Assembly: GCA_965207375.1 (NCBI GenBank)
Contig: CBDBMG010000003.1
Span: forward strand, 480,001 to 544,000
Source of the DNA: Nitrosopumilaceae archaeon
GTDB lineage: Archaea > Thermoproteota > Nitrososphaeria > Nitrososphaerales > Nitrosopumilaceae
Length of the DNA: 64,000 nt
Direction of reading: 5' to 3'
Of this stretch, positions 13,546-28,700 are shown in pieces; the first letter of the stretch is position 1, and every line of letters begins with the position of its first letter. A program made the position numbers and the translations under genes. Below the pieces are notes generated by a model. It was not told the DNA's origin. It made no database searches and was given only the letters and a program-made list of their open reading frames with translations.

Positions 13546-16361
13546 ATGTCAAGAAATGCCGCGCAAGAAAGTGAACTTGAAGAGGTTATGTATGCATCTT
13601 GTCGAATGGTGCAGCGACTTCTCACTTCCTTTCTTAGGACTCTTGATCCTAGTGAACTGGATATGTTGATTTATCAAGTTAGCAAACTGTTCCACTTAAT
13701 GAGAGCTTCCAGTGTATGTACAGATGAAATCCTTGAGACGGTCGGAATTGGCCTAACTTTACTTCAGAATGCCCAGGCCTCGTCCGAAGAAAGAAACAGG
13801 GAATATCATCCTGCTGGATTGCTACCAGTTAATACTAGAGGGCGTCCACGATTAGATGTTTCGAACACCCAGCTTGAGTATCTGCTTAATATAGGGTTTT
13901 CTTGTCCACGAATCGCTAATGTCCTTGGTGTCAGTTTAAGCACCATTAGGAGGAGAATGATTGATTGCAACTTAAGCGTTTCATCTGTTTATTCCCAGAT
14001 AAGTGATGATGAACTGGATGTCCTTGTTGCAGATATTAAACATACTTTTCCTAATTGTGGATATCGTTTAATGTGAGGGCATTTGCTGAATCAGGGCCAC
14101 CGAGTTACCCAGATGCGCATTAGGGATTCCCTACACAGAGTTGACCCTGATGGCTCAGTTTTACGGTGGGCAGCAACAATTCAACGAAGAAAGTATAGAG
14201 TGTCATCACCACTTTCCTTGTGGCACATAGATGGTAACCATAAATTAATTCGGTAAGCTATGTAATTACAACATAGCTAACTCATACATTACACTGATGT
14301 ATTAATTATTTTAGGTGGAGAATAGTTGTACATGGAGGGGTGGACGGCTATTCTAGGGTACCAGTATACTTACAATGTTCAAATAATAATAGAGCAGAGA
14401 CTGTGTTGAGGCTTTTTAAAGAAGCAGTTAATAACTATGGATTACCTTCTCGAGTCCGCTGTGATGCAGGAAGAGAAAATGTTGATGTATCCTTGTTTCT
14501 GTTAACACATCCACTGCGTGGTCCTGGGCGTGGCACAGTCATTGTTGGAAAGAGTGTTCATAATCAGAGGATTGAAAGGATGTGGCGAGACGTGTATCAG
14601 GGAGTTTTGGATATTTATTACCGATTATTTTATTATCTGGAAAGCAATAACATATTAGATCCTAACAATGATATTCACCTTTATTGTCTTCACTATATCT
14701 TTATCCCACGTATTAACAGTCACCTCCAGCACTGGAAGAATGCATGGATTAAGCATTCTTTACAATCTGAAGGCAATCTAACTCCAGAACAATTGTGGGT
14801 GGTTGGACTACAAAGGATTGCTCATTCTGGGAATCTTATTGCCACTGATGAAGTATGTATGTGTAAGGTTTAGTTTTAGTACAATTGTTAGCCTTTTACT
14901 TCTTAATTGTTCTAGCTACACTCAGACTAACACAAGTATACCGCTACATGAAATGTGCAGCTTTCATATTTGTTATCAATTGGTGGTTCATTCACAAAGC
15001 CAATTAGCTCATGCAGGGTTAATTATATTGAGGATCTTATATTTGTGGGATGCCTATAGTCTTCTATGTTTATCTAGCTAGTATGACTCTAGACAGATGT
15101 TAAAAGCATCGTGGGGGCGAGCCTGATCGTGATTAAATGCGTTTATCTATTATGTGCAATCAGTGTGTACTGTAAAGCAATAGTAATAATCTATGCTTCA
15201 GGTTAATTTTTCGTAGGTTAGGCACCACGTGCACGCAGGGATAATAGATTAAGCACGCCCCTGGCCATACCAGAAAATAAACGTTGAAGTAGGCAGTCGG
15301 ATCAAGTCCCCGTCAGTACCTAATGTCAACATGAGACGACTACATGCACGCAATAAAAATGGCAGCAACTGCTCGATAATAAGAACTATAAGTATAATTA
15401 AACTAAGTGCACGTGCGTTTCTCGTTACCACGTGGTACCATAATGGAGATATCTAACCTCGTACCTTCTAGTTAAAAACTAAGCTAATCAACTGCTACAT
15501 GCATGATCTCCCTAGTCTCATAAGCTACTTAGTCTTCTATAGCTGCTTACCTAGTGTACATATACCTAGCAGGCCAATTCAGCAGTATTTGCCTACTGTT
15601 TTGTGTGATGAAAGCACAAGTTTATCGACACCATCTTTCTCAATTTTCTTGCCTTTCAGAAAGAAAAGGAAGATACTGAAAGATGAAAGGAAATACATAC
15701 TATGGCTCAGTGGATGAATCTTCATCAGAACAGCTGTTTCATAAGTCCGACGTGATTACCTTTGCTGTGTGAAAAATCTGGAGCCATACACCTAGCGCAA
15801 CCAGGTCTTAATGGCAGGCTGGCAGACAAAATTTAGGTAATTTTTGAAATTTTTGAAATTTGCTACATCAGACTTTTCGCTGTGTTTAGCAAATGTACAG
15901 CATTGTTACAGCAGTACCAATGCATTTAAGCTGGTTTTTTCGGCTTAAGCCTATTGTAAGGTGGTTTTGAAAGTGCAAAAAATCCATAAGCCATAGTTTT
16001 TCATAGTGATCCCTACTATTAAGTACTACTGTACCTAATGATACAGTGTTTATTGTTTTTTACCTAATACTTCCTGACCATATTGGATTTAGCAAATACG
16101 TAGCTAGCTAGCATTTATTTTGTCTAACTTATATAATAGGATGAAGTACAACAGTTTGGTGTGGACTGGGAAGGAATAAATGTGGAAAGTAATGATGATG
16201 CTACTATAGATGTCCCAGACACACCATGTCCCCTTAATCTGATGGAATTTGAAGAACTTATGAGGCTAGTGCCCCCATTATCAGAAAGTACCCATTATGG
16301 AATTGATTTGTATGAGGAAGTATTTGATTACGTGTCTAGAGCCTGTCATCATATTATGTAG
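13546..16361 (+). pseudogene. IS3/IS481-type (IS3EU-like) DDE integrase-core transposase, 3 exons (13546-14252, 14315-14852, 16140-16361), one in-frame TGA
   Basis: N-terminal HTH (IANVLGVSLSTIRRR). Catalytic motifs WHIDGNHKL / VRCDAGREN / [11 protein letters not shown] give D..D36E. GT-AG introns 14253-14314 and 14853-16139 join the exons in frame. The frame continues past TGA 14074-14076 as GHLLNQGHRV..SPLSLWHID. Confidence 0.88.
15100..16040. mobile_element. CATTAAGTAC-family element within transposase intron 2 (left boundary uncertain)
   Basis: Ends GATCCCTACTATTAAGTACTACTGTACCTAATG. The interior is similar to 2540-2790. Confidence 0.6.
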
Positions 16362-19029
16362 ATTTAGGCTAGACAGAGCCACATATAGCTATAGCTAGCT
16401 ATGCTGTAATACTGTAGCTACTGTAAATCGCTATGTACTACAAACAGATAACTTTTGAAAGATAATTATGACATTTGATTTAGCTATTTATCTTCTAAAC
16501 AAGGTTGGCTAGCTAGCTAGCTATCTGAATAGCTATGTGGAGCACGTAACTGAGTCTGCAGCTAGTTTTTAACATGAGAGGCAATTTAATTTGTTAACTT
16601 AGTGATCACTACTAACAACCTTAGATAAGGCACTCTAGCTATATGATATCCTGTAACCACACATCAATTGGCAATTCCTACTGTGATGTTGCATTAAGTT
16701 AGAAGTCAGTAGTCATTATCTCCCAGTCCATGGGTGGATCAAAGAAATCACCATGTAGGGTGATAAGTTGAAATTACGTAGTTATCACCAGTGGGTTGAT
16801 AACTAGATATTAACTGCCTAGTGACAAATAGTTAGCAAGGTTTGATTGGCTATATGCATGGGAGTTGTACCCCATTCACTCGTATGGTATCCTTGCAATT
16901 GGTAGGATTATGTGATCAATCATGATGTAGCTATTCTTCATAACTATGATTATGATATTACTAACATGATATAGCTAGCGGTGTTGCACGGTATATTTCA
17001 GTAAAGAGAATACAAGGTATCAATATCTAGTGTAGCTACTGTCTATTAATTAATTCTGTGTGGCATCATTGATAATCTAAGTGTTGTAAAGATTCTTATT
17101 TATATTAGCTACATTGTATAGAAACAGTTGTAAAAATAGCTAGCTATGGCCATAAATACTTTTGATAACTTGTAAACAGTAGCCATACTATAGATATACC
17201 CATAATATCAACTACACAAACCATTTCTTCCATACATTGTATCAATTATATTGCTATGATTTTATTAGATAGCTTGCTTGTTTGTATATTTTATGGTAAT
17301 CATGATACCGTAGTTACGTAGCTTCGTTGCTAAAAAAGTTTGTAGCTATATATGAGCGTTTTGTTTACAAAATTAAAGCACAAGATTTTTTTGAAATGTT
17401 TTGTAGAATCAGTTGGGCGAACACAAAAACTTTGTAAGGATAGATTACCTGGGCTTTATATCCATAAGCCCGAAGCTAGCACACTCGACACTCGTATCGA
17501 TATGTGAGAGTGATAGTGGCTGCCCAAAAGGAATTAGCTAGCTACCATGCACAAAATATTTCATTTTACACATGATTACTTATCATTAATACAGGTCACA
17601 CAGCACTCATCTTCATCCAGTGCCATGCATCACCAGCATGCAAAAGAAATTCTGTATTAAAAAAATTTGGTTAAAATTATTTCGTGCTACTTTTAAGAAA
17701 TTAAAACACCTCGATTTTTTATTCCACGACACTTTTTAGCAACAAAGTTTTTGAAATCTCATAGCTAATCACTCAGCTCTGGCAATCTGGCATGACAATT
17801 TAACTTTGATTTGTTGTTCTTACATGAATAATTTTATTAATTCACAAGCAGACAAGTAACCTTAAGTTGACAGAGCTCTCGACTGTCACTCAAGTTTCAC
17901 TCAATCTGATTCTCACTCTTTCACCCACAACACCACTAACTCACTAATAAATATAGCTACGCTCACCGTCACAAAACTACCTCTAGCTAACCATACATCA
18001 CAGGATCAAATTAAATTATACACATGCTTTTAAAGTGCATGCTGTTGGGTCATATAGCTAGCTATATATCACATCCTGTTTGCTGGAGACATAGATTGAC
18101 ATTTGTGACCAGGCCTGTGAAAATTAACCATCGTGAAATCTTTCTTATCATAATTTATGTTCTGTTTATACTAGAAAACTAACTACAATTTTTACAGAAT
18201 TTGATGGAGAATCTTATAAAGCTCTTCAACTAGCTAGAGGTAATTTGCACTCACATGGTTGATTTTTGCAGGCCTGGTCACATTTGCAAAGCATATAATT
18301 ATTATACCTAGATTAAAGCCTACTAACCCCATAGACAATGTAGCTATATAGCTCAGCACAATGTAATTTTTAATTGGGCTTCAAGTTTTGTAGCTATATA
18401 GTTTCCCCTGTTTGGATGTGTATTGTTATTATTATTATAAGTGTGCACCCGTATGAGCAGGCATGTAGCTATAGGCTATAGGGGGTTATGTGATAAGCAT
18501 ATATAAGAACAATTCCTATAGGCCAGAATTACACAAGGACTTCAGAAAAATACGTGAATTAAATGAGTAGCTATAGCTATATAAGTCCTTGACAGAGCAT
18601 CATGCACTACCGCTTTAAATTACTGTAATACACCTTCCAGGAAGGTGGTGCACATCTATAGCTATAAGTCAATGTTCCTGCAGGAAAAGTCTCCAATTTG
18701 TTAGCCATGCATTAGCTAGCTACTATTGTAAAATTAATAATTGCAGATCTCATATGTATATGAGTAGCTATAATGCAATGTGATTAGTTAGTTAAGCTAT
18801 GTATTGTAAAATATATTTCAAGTATGTGTTACATACTTTATTTGGCCTTTTATTCTATTGGTAGGTATAGCTATATGTATAGCTACCTACAGGGGTAACT
18901 CTGGCACATTGATATGGCTTATCTATTCTGTCATATAGCCAGCTTATAACAAAAAAGCTATAGCTACAGCTACAGCTATAGCTACATCACCAGCTACATC
19001 ACTATAACAAATAGCTACAGCTATAGCTA

Positions 19030-19292
19030 CATCACCAGTGTATGATAACTCGCTAGCTATATGCATACAGTAGCTAACCAGTGGATGATAACTCACAACA
19101 CTAGCAAGCTATACCTGCAGTAACCAGTGGATGATAACTCATAATACCGTATAGCTAGCTAGCTATATACATGCAGTGATAACTCACAACACTGTAGCTA
19201 TAGCTAATAGCTTTACACACATGCAGTCACCAGTGGATGATAACTCACAACACTGTATAGCTAGCTATAGCTGTACATGCAGTCACCAGTGG
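19030..19292. repeat. Short degenerate tandem repeat (~50-60 bp unit, CAGTGGATGATAACTCACAACACT core)
   Basis: About 5-6 imperfect copies of CCAGTGGATGATAACTC. Confidence 0.75.
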
Positions 19293-19733
19293 AATGCCAA
19301 TTCAGAAATTTGTATTGTAGCTAGCTAGCTAGCTATTATAAATTAGCCAGCTATGATGTAGCTATTTCACATGCATGCATGTGTTCAATTTTCAATTCAC
19401 TTGGCTGTTTCACTATTGGCTTTCTTTACTATAGCTAAGCATAGCTAATTAAGCTTTTTTCAATTCACTTTGCTATATACGTACGTAGCTAGCTACATAG
19501 CTATACGTATACGTATACATATATAGCTAGCTAAGCGCTTTCAATTTTCACTATAAGCCCATTCAATTCATTTTGCTATTGTTATATTTCACTATAGCTA
19601 GCTAACCCTTTTCAACTCATTTTGCTGCATGCATGCATGTACATGTATGACTGTAACTTTTGAATATACGTAGCTACGTATAGCATATAGTAAAAAAGCA
19701 AACAAATGAGACCTGAAATGGATACAGTAACTA

Positions 19734-22700
19734 TATGAGGCTACACAGTGACACACTGTCACCATACAGTATATAGCTATGAGGCTACACAGTGACACAC
19801 TGTCACCATACAGTATATAGCTAGCTATGAGGCTACACAGTGACACACTGTCACCATACAGTATATAGCTAGCTATGAGGCTACACAGTGACACTCTGTC
19901 ACCATACAGTATATAGCTAGCTAGCTATGAGGCTACACTGTGACACACTGTCACCATACAGTATATAGCTAGCTATGAGGCTACACAGTGACACACTGTC
20001 ACCATACAGTATATAGCTAGCTAGCTATGAGGATACACAGTGACACACTGTCACCATACAGTATATAGCTAGCTATGAGGCTACACAGTGACACACTGTC
20101 ACCATACAGTATATAGCTAGCTATGAGGCTACACAGTGACACACTGTCACCATACAGTATATAGCTAGCTATGAGGCTACACAGTGACACACTGTCACCA
20201 TACAGTATATAGCTAGCTATGAGGCTACACAGTGACACACTGTCACCATACAGTATATAGCTAGCTATGAGGCTACACAGTGACACACTGTCACCATACA
20301 GTATATAGCTAGCTATGAGGCTACACAGTGACACACTGTCATCATACAGTATATAGCTAGCTATGAGGCTACACTGTGACACTCTGTCACCATACAGTAT
20401 ATAGCTAGCTATGAGGCTACACAGTGACACACTGTCACCATACAGTATATAGCTAGCTATGAGGCTACACAGTGACACACTGTCACCATACAGTATATAG
20501 CTAGCTATGAGGCTACACAGTGACACACTGTCACCATACAGTATATAGCTAGCTATGAGGCTACACAGTGACACACTGTCATCATACAGTATATAGCTAG
20601 CTATGAGGCTACACTGTGACACTCTGTCACCATACAGTATATAGCTAGCTAGCTATGAGGCTACACTGTGACACACTGTCACCATACAGTATATAGCTAG
20701 CTATGAGGCTACACAGTGACACACTGTCACCATACAGTATATAGCTAGCTATGAGGCTACACAGTGACACACTGTCACCATACAGTATATAGCTAGCTAG
20801 CTATGAGGATACACAGTGACACACTGTCACCATACAGTATATAGCTAGCTATGAGGCTACACAGTGACACACTGTCACCATACAGTATATAGCTAGCTAT
20901 GAGGCTACACAGTGACACACTGTCACCATACAGTATATAGCTAGCTAGCTATGAGGATACACTGTGACACACTGTCACCATACAGTATATAGCTAGCTAT
21001 GAGGCTACACAGTGACACACTGTCATCATACAGTATATAGCTAGCTATGAGGCTACACTGTGACACTCTGTCACCATACAGTATATAGCTAGCTATGAGG
21101 CTACACAGTGACACACTGTCACCATACAGTATATAGCTAGCTATGAGGCTACACAGTGACACACTGTCACCATACAGTATATAGCTAGCTATGAGGCTAC
21201 ACAGTGACACACTGTCACCATACAGTATATAGCTAGCTATGAGGCTACACAGTGACACACTGTCATCATACAGTATATAGCTAGCTATGAGGCTACACTG
21301 TGACACTCTGTCACCATACAGTATATAGCTAGCTAGCTATGAGGCTACACTGTGACACACTGTCACCATACAGTATATAGCTAGCTATGAGGCTACACAG
21401 TGACATACTGTCACCATACAGTATATAGCTAGCTATGAGGCTACACAGTGACACACTGTCATCATACAGTATATAGCTAGCTATGAGGCTACACAGTGAC
21501 ACACTGTCACCATACAGTATATAGCTAGCTATGAGGCTACACAGTGACATACTGTCACCATACAGTATATAGCTAGCTATGAGGCTACACTGTGACACAC
21601 AGTCACCATACAGTATATAGCTAGCTATGAGGCTACACAGTGACACACTGTCACCATACAGTATATAGCTAGCTATGAGGCTACACAGTGACATACTGTC
21701 ACCATACAGTATATAGCTAGCTATGAGGCTACACAGTGACATACTGTCACCATACAGTATATAGCTAGCTATGAGGCTACACAGTGACACACTGTCACCA
21801 TACAGTATATAGCTAGCTAGCTATGAGGATACACAGTGACACACTGTCACCATACAGTATATAGCTAGCTATGAGGATACACAGTGACACACTGTCACCA
21901 TACAGTATATAGCTAGCTATGAGGCTACACTGTGACACACTGTCACCATACAGTATATAGCTAGCTAGCTATGAGGATACACAGTGACACACTGTCACCA
22001 TACAGTATATAGCTAGCTATGAGGCTACACTGTGACATACTGTCACCATACAGTATATAGCTAGCTATGAGGCTACACAGTGACACACTGTCACCATACA
22101 GTATATAGCTAGCTAGCTATGAGGCTACACAGTGACACACTGTCACCATACAGTATATAGCTATGAGGCTACACAGTGACACACTGTCACCATACAGTAT
22201 ATAGCTAGCTATGAGGCTACACAGTGACACACTGTCACCATACAGTATATAGCTAGCTATGAGGCTACACAGTGACACTCTGTCACCATACAGTATATAG
22301 CTAGCTAGCTATGAGGCTACACTGTGACACACTGTCACCATACAGTATATAGCTAGCTATGAGGCTACACAGTGACACACTGTCACCATACAGTATATAG
22401 CTAGCTAGCTATGAGGATACACAGTGACACACTGTCACCATACAGTATATAGCTAGCTATGAGGCTACACAGTGACACACTGTCACCATACAGTATATAG
22501 CTAGCTATGAGGCTACACAGTGACACACTGTCACCATACAGTATATAGCTAGCTATGAGGCTACACAGTGACACACTGTCACCATACAGTATATAGCTAG
22601 CTATGAGGCTACACAGTGACACACTGTCACCATACAGTATATAGCTAGCTAGCTATGAGGATACACAGTGACACACTGTCACCATACAGTATATAGCTAG

Positions 22701-25700
22701 CTATGAGGCTACACAGTGACACACTGTCACCATACAGTATATAGCTAGCTATGAGGCTACACAGTGACACTCTGTCACCATACAGTATATAGCTAGCTAG
22801 CTATGAGGCTACACTGTGACACACTGTCACCATACAGTATATAGCTAGCTATGAGGCTACACAGTGACACACTGTCACCATACAGTATATAGCTAGCTAG
22901 CTATGAGGATACACAGTGACACACTGTCACCATACAGTATATAGCTAGCTATGAGGCTACACAGTGACACACTGTCACCATACAGTATATAGCTAGCTAT
23001 GAGGCTACACAGTGACACACTGTCACCATACAGTATATAGCTAGCTATGAGGCTACACAGTGACACACTGTCACCATACAGTATATAGCTAGCTATGAGG
23101 CTACACAGTGACACACTGTCACCATACAGTATATAGCTAGCTAGCTATGAGGATACACAGTGACACACTGTCACCATACAGTATATAGCTAGCTATGAGG
23201 CTACACAGTGACACACTGTCACCATACAGTATATAGCTAGCTATGAGGCTACACAGTGACACACTGTCACCATACAGTATATAGCTAGCTATGAGGCTAC
23301 ACAGTGACACACTGTCACCATACAGTATATAGCTAGCTAGCTATGAGGCTACACAGTGACACACTGTCATCATACAGTATATAGCTAGCTATGAGGCTAC
23401 ACTGTGACACTCTGTCACCATACAGTATATAGCTAGCTATGAGGCTACACAGTGACACACTGTCACCATACAGTATATAGCTAGCTATGAGGCTACACAG
23501 TGACACACTGTCACCATACAGTATATAGCTAGCTATGAGGCTACACAGTGACACACTGTCACCATACAGTATATAGCTAGCTATGAGGCTACACAGTGAC
23601 AGACTGTCACCATACAGTATATAGCTAGCTATGAGGCTACACAGTGACACACTGTCACCATACAGTATATAGCTAGCTATGAGGCTACACAGTGACACAC
23701 TGTCACCATACAGTATATAGCTAGCTATGAGGCTACACAGTGACACACTGTCACCATACAGTATATAGCTAGCTATGAGGATACACAGTGACACACTGTC
23801 ACCATACAGTATATAGCTAGCTATGAGGCTACACAGTGACACACTGTCACCATACAGTATATAGCTAGCTATGAGGCTACACAGTGACACACTGTCACCA
23901 TACAGTATATAGCTAGCTATGAGGCTACACAGTGACACACTGTCACCATACAGTATATAGCTAGCTATGAGGCTACACAGTGACACACTGTCACCATACA
24001 GTATATAGCTAGCTATGAGGCTACACAGTGACACACTGTCACCATACAGTATATAGCTAGCTATGAGGCTACACTGTGACATACTGTCACCATACAGTAT
24101 ATAGCTAGCTAGCTATGAGGATACACAGTGACACACTGTCACCATACAGTATATAGCTAGCTATGAGGCTACACAGTGACATACTGTCACCATACAGTAT
24201 ATAGCTAGCTATGAGGCTACACAGTGACACACTGTCACCATACAGTATATAGCTAGCTATGAGGCTACACAGTGACACACTGTCACCATACAGTATATAG
24301 CTAGCTATGAGGCTACACAGTGACACACTGTCATCATACAGTATATAGCTAGCTATGAGGCTACACTGTGACACTCTGTCACCATACAGTATATAGCTAG
24401 CTATGAGGCTACACAGTGACACACTGTCACCATACAGTATATAGCTAGCTATGAGGCTACACAGTGACACACTGTCACCATACAGTATATAGCTAGCTAT
24501 GAGGCTACACAGTGACACACTGTCACCATACAGTATATAGCTAGCTATGAGGCTACACAGTGACACACTGTCATCATACAGTATATAGCTAGCTATGAGG
24601 CTACACTGTGACACTCTGTCACCATACAGTATATAGCTAGCTAGCTATGAGGCTACACTGTGACACACTGTCACCATACAGTATATAGCTAGCTATGAGG
24701 CTACACAGTGACACACTGTCACCATACAGTATATAGCTAGCTATGAGGCTACACAGTGACACACTGTCACCATACAGTATATAGCTAGCTAGCTATGAGG
24801 ATACACAGTGACACACTGTCACCATACAGTATATAGCTAGCTATGAGGCTACACAGTGACACACTGTCACCATACAGTATATAGCTAGCTATGAGGCTAC
24901 ACAGTGACACACTGTCACCATACAGTATATAGCTAGCTAGCTATGAGGATACACTGTGACACACTGTCACCATACAGTATATAGCTAGCTATGAGGCTAC
25001 ACAGTGACACACTGTCATCATACAGTATATAGCTAGCTATGAGGCTACACTGTGACACTCTGTCACCATACAGTATATAGCTAGCTATGAGGCTACACAG
25101 TGACACACTGTCACCATACAGTATATAGCTAGCTATGAGGCTACACAGTGACACACTGTCACCATACAGTATATAGCTAGCTATGAGGCTACACAGTGAC
25201 ACACTGTCACCATACAGTATATAGCTAGCTATGAGGCTACACAGTGACACACTGTCATCATACAGTATATAGCTAGCTATGAGGCTACACTGTGACACTC
25301 TGTCACCATACAGTATATAGCTAGCTAGCTATGAGGCTACACTGTGACACACTGTCACCATACAGTATATAGCTAGCTATGAGGCTACACAGTGACACAC
25401 TGTCACCATACAGTATATAGCTAGCTAGCTATGAGGCTACACAGTGACACACTGTCACCATACAGTATATAGCTAGCTATGAGGCTACACAGTGACACAC
25501 TGTCACCATACAGTATATAGCTAGCTATGAGGCTACACAGTGACACACTGTCACCATACAGTATATAGCTAGCTATGAGGCTACACAGTGACACACTGTC
25601 ACCATACAGTATATAGCTAGCTATGAGGCTACACAGTGACACACTGTCACCATACAGTATATAGCTAGCTATGAGGCTACACAGTGACACACTATCACCA

Positions 25701-28700
25701 TACAGTATATAGCTAGCTAGCTATGAGGCTACACTGTGACACACTGTCACCATACAGTATATAGCTAGCTATGAGGCTACACAGTGACATACTGTCACCA
25801 TACAGTATATAGCTAGCTATGAGGCTACACAGTGACACACTGTCATCATACAGTATATAGCTAGCTATGAGGCTACACAGTGACACACTGTCACCATACA
25901 GTATATAGCTAGCTATGAGGCTACACAGTGACATACTGTCACCATACAGTATATAGCTAGCTATGAGGCTACACTGTGACACACAGTCACCATACAGTAT
26001 ATAGCTAGCTATGAGGCTACACAGTGACACACTGTCACCATACAGTATATAGCTAGCTATGAGGCTACACAGTGACATACTGTCACCATACAGTATATAG
26101 CTAGCTATGAGGCTACACAGTGACACACTGTCACCATACAGTATATAGCTAGCTAGCTATGAGGATACACAGTGACACACTGTCACCATACAGTATATAG
26201 CTAGCTATGAGGATACACAGTGACACACTGTCACCATACAGTATATAGCTAGCTATGAGGCTACACTGTGACACACTGTCACCATACAGTATATAGCTAG
26301 CTAGCTATGAGGATACACAGTGACACACTGTCACCATACAGTATATAGCTAGCTATGAGGCTACACTGTGACATACTGTCACCATACAGTATATAGCTAG
26401 CTATGAGGCTACACAGTGACACACTGTCACCATACAGTATATAGCTAGCTAGCTATGAGGCTACACAGTGACACACTGTCACCATACAGTATATAGCTAG
26501 CTATGAGGCTACACAGTGACACACTGTCACCATACAGTATATAGCTAGCTATGAGGCTACACAGTGACACACTGTCACCATACAGTATATAGCTAGCTAT
26601 GAGGCTACACAGTGACACACTGTCACCATACAGTATATAGCTAGCTATGAGGCTACACAGTGACACACTGTCACCATACAGTATATAGCTAGCTATGAGG
26701 CTACACAGTGACACACTATCACCATACAGTATATAGCTAGCTAGCTATGAGGCTACACAGTGACACACTATCACCATACAGTATATAGCTAGCTATGAGG
26801 CTACACAGTGACATACTGTCACCATACAGTATATAGCTAGCTATGAGGCTACACAGTGACACACTGTCACCATACAGTATATAGCTAGCTATGAGGCTAC
26901 ACAGTGACACACTGTCACCATACAGTATATAGCTAGCTATGAGGCTACACAGTGACACACTGTCACCATACAGTATATAGCTAGCTATGAGGCTACACAG
27001 TGACACACTGTCACCATACAGTATATAGCTAGCTATGAGGCTACACAGTGACACACTGTCACCATACAGTATATAGCTAGCTATGAGGCTACACAGTGAC
27101 ACACTGTCACCATACAGTATATAGCTAGCTATGAGGCTACACAGTGACACACTATCACCATACAGTATATAGCTAGCTAGCTATGAGGCTACACAGTGAC
27201 ACACTATCACCATACAGTATATAGCTAGCTATGAGGCTACACAGTGACACACTGTCACCATACAGTATATAGCTAGCTATGAGGCTACACAGTGACACAC
27301 TATCACCATACAGTATATAGCTAGCTATGAGGCTACACAGTGACACACTGTCACCATACAGTATATAGCTAGCTATGAGGCTACACAGTGACACACTGTC
27401 ACCATACAGTATATAGCTAGCTAGCTATGAGGCTACACAGTGACACACTGTCACCATACAGTATATAGCTAGCTATGAGGCTACACAGTGACACACTGTC
27501 ACCATACAGTATATAGCTAGCTATGAGGCTACACAGTGACACACTGTCACCATACAGTATATAGCTAGCTATGAGGCTACACAGTGACACACTGTCACCA
27601 TACAGTATATAGCTAGCTATGAGGCTACACTGTGACATACAGTATATAGCTAGCTATGAGGCTACACAGTGACACACTATCACCATACAGTATATAGCTA
27701 GCTATGAGGCTACACAGTACTGTCAATACAGTATATAGCTAGCTATGAGGCTACACAGTGACACACTGTCACCATACAGTATATAGCTAGCTATGAGGCT
27801 ACACAGTGACACACTGTCACCATACAGTATATAGCTAGCTATGAGGCTACACAGTGACACACTATCACTATACACATACAGTATAGCTATGAGGCTACAC
27901 AGTGACACACTGTCACCATACAGTATATAGCTAGCTATAGGCTACACAGTGACACACTGTCACCATATAGCTATGAGGACACACTGTCACCATACAGTAT
28001 ATAGCTAGCTATGAGGCTACACAGTGACACACTGTCATCATACAGTATATAGCTAGCTATGAGGCTACACTGTGACACTAGCTACAGTATATAGCTAGCT
28101 ATGAGGCTACACAGTGACACACTGTCACCATACAGTATATAGCTAGCTATGAGGCTACACAGTGACACACTGTCACCATCACCATACAGTATACCATAGC
28201 TAGCTATGAGGCTACACAGTGACACACTGTCACCATACAGTATATAGCTAGCTATGAGGCTACACAGTGACATACTGTCACCAGTATATAGCTAGCTATG
28301 AGGCAGTATATAGCTAGCTAGCTATGAGGATACACAGTGACACACTGTCACCATACAGTATATAGCTAGCTATGAGGCTACACAGTGACACACTGTCACC
28401 ATACAGTATATAGCTAGCTATGAGGCTACACAGTGACACACTGTCACCATACAGTATATATAGCTAGCTATGAGGCTACACATACAGTATATAGCTAGCT
28501 ATGAGGCTACACTGTGACATACCATACAGTATATAGCTAGCTATGAGGCTACACAGTGACATACTGTCACCATACAGTATATAGCTAGCTATGAGGCTAC
28601 ACAGTGACATACTGTCACCATACAGTATATAGCTAGCTATGAGGCTACACAGTGACATACTGTCACCATCATACAGTATATAGCTAGCTATGAGGCTACA

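Noticed and set aside
14074-14076. Selenocysteine or programmed readthrough at TGA
   Set aside because: No supporting element recognised. A nonsense mutation in a TE copy is more parsimonious.
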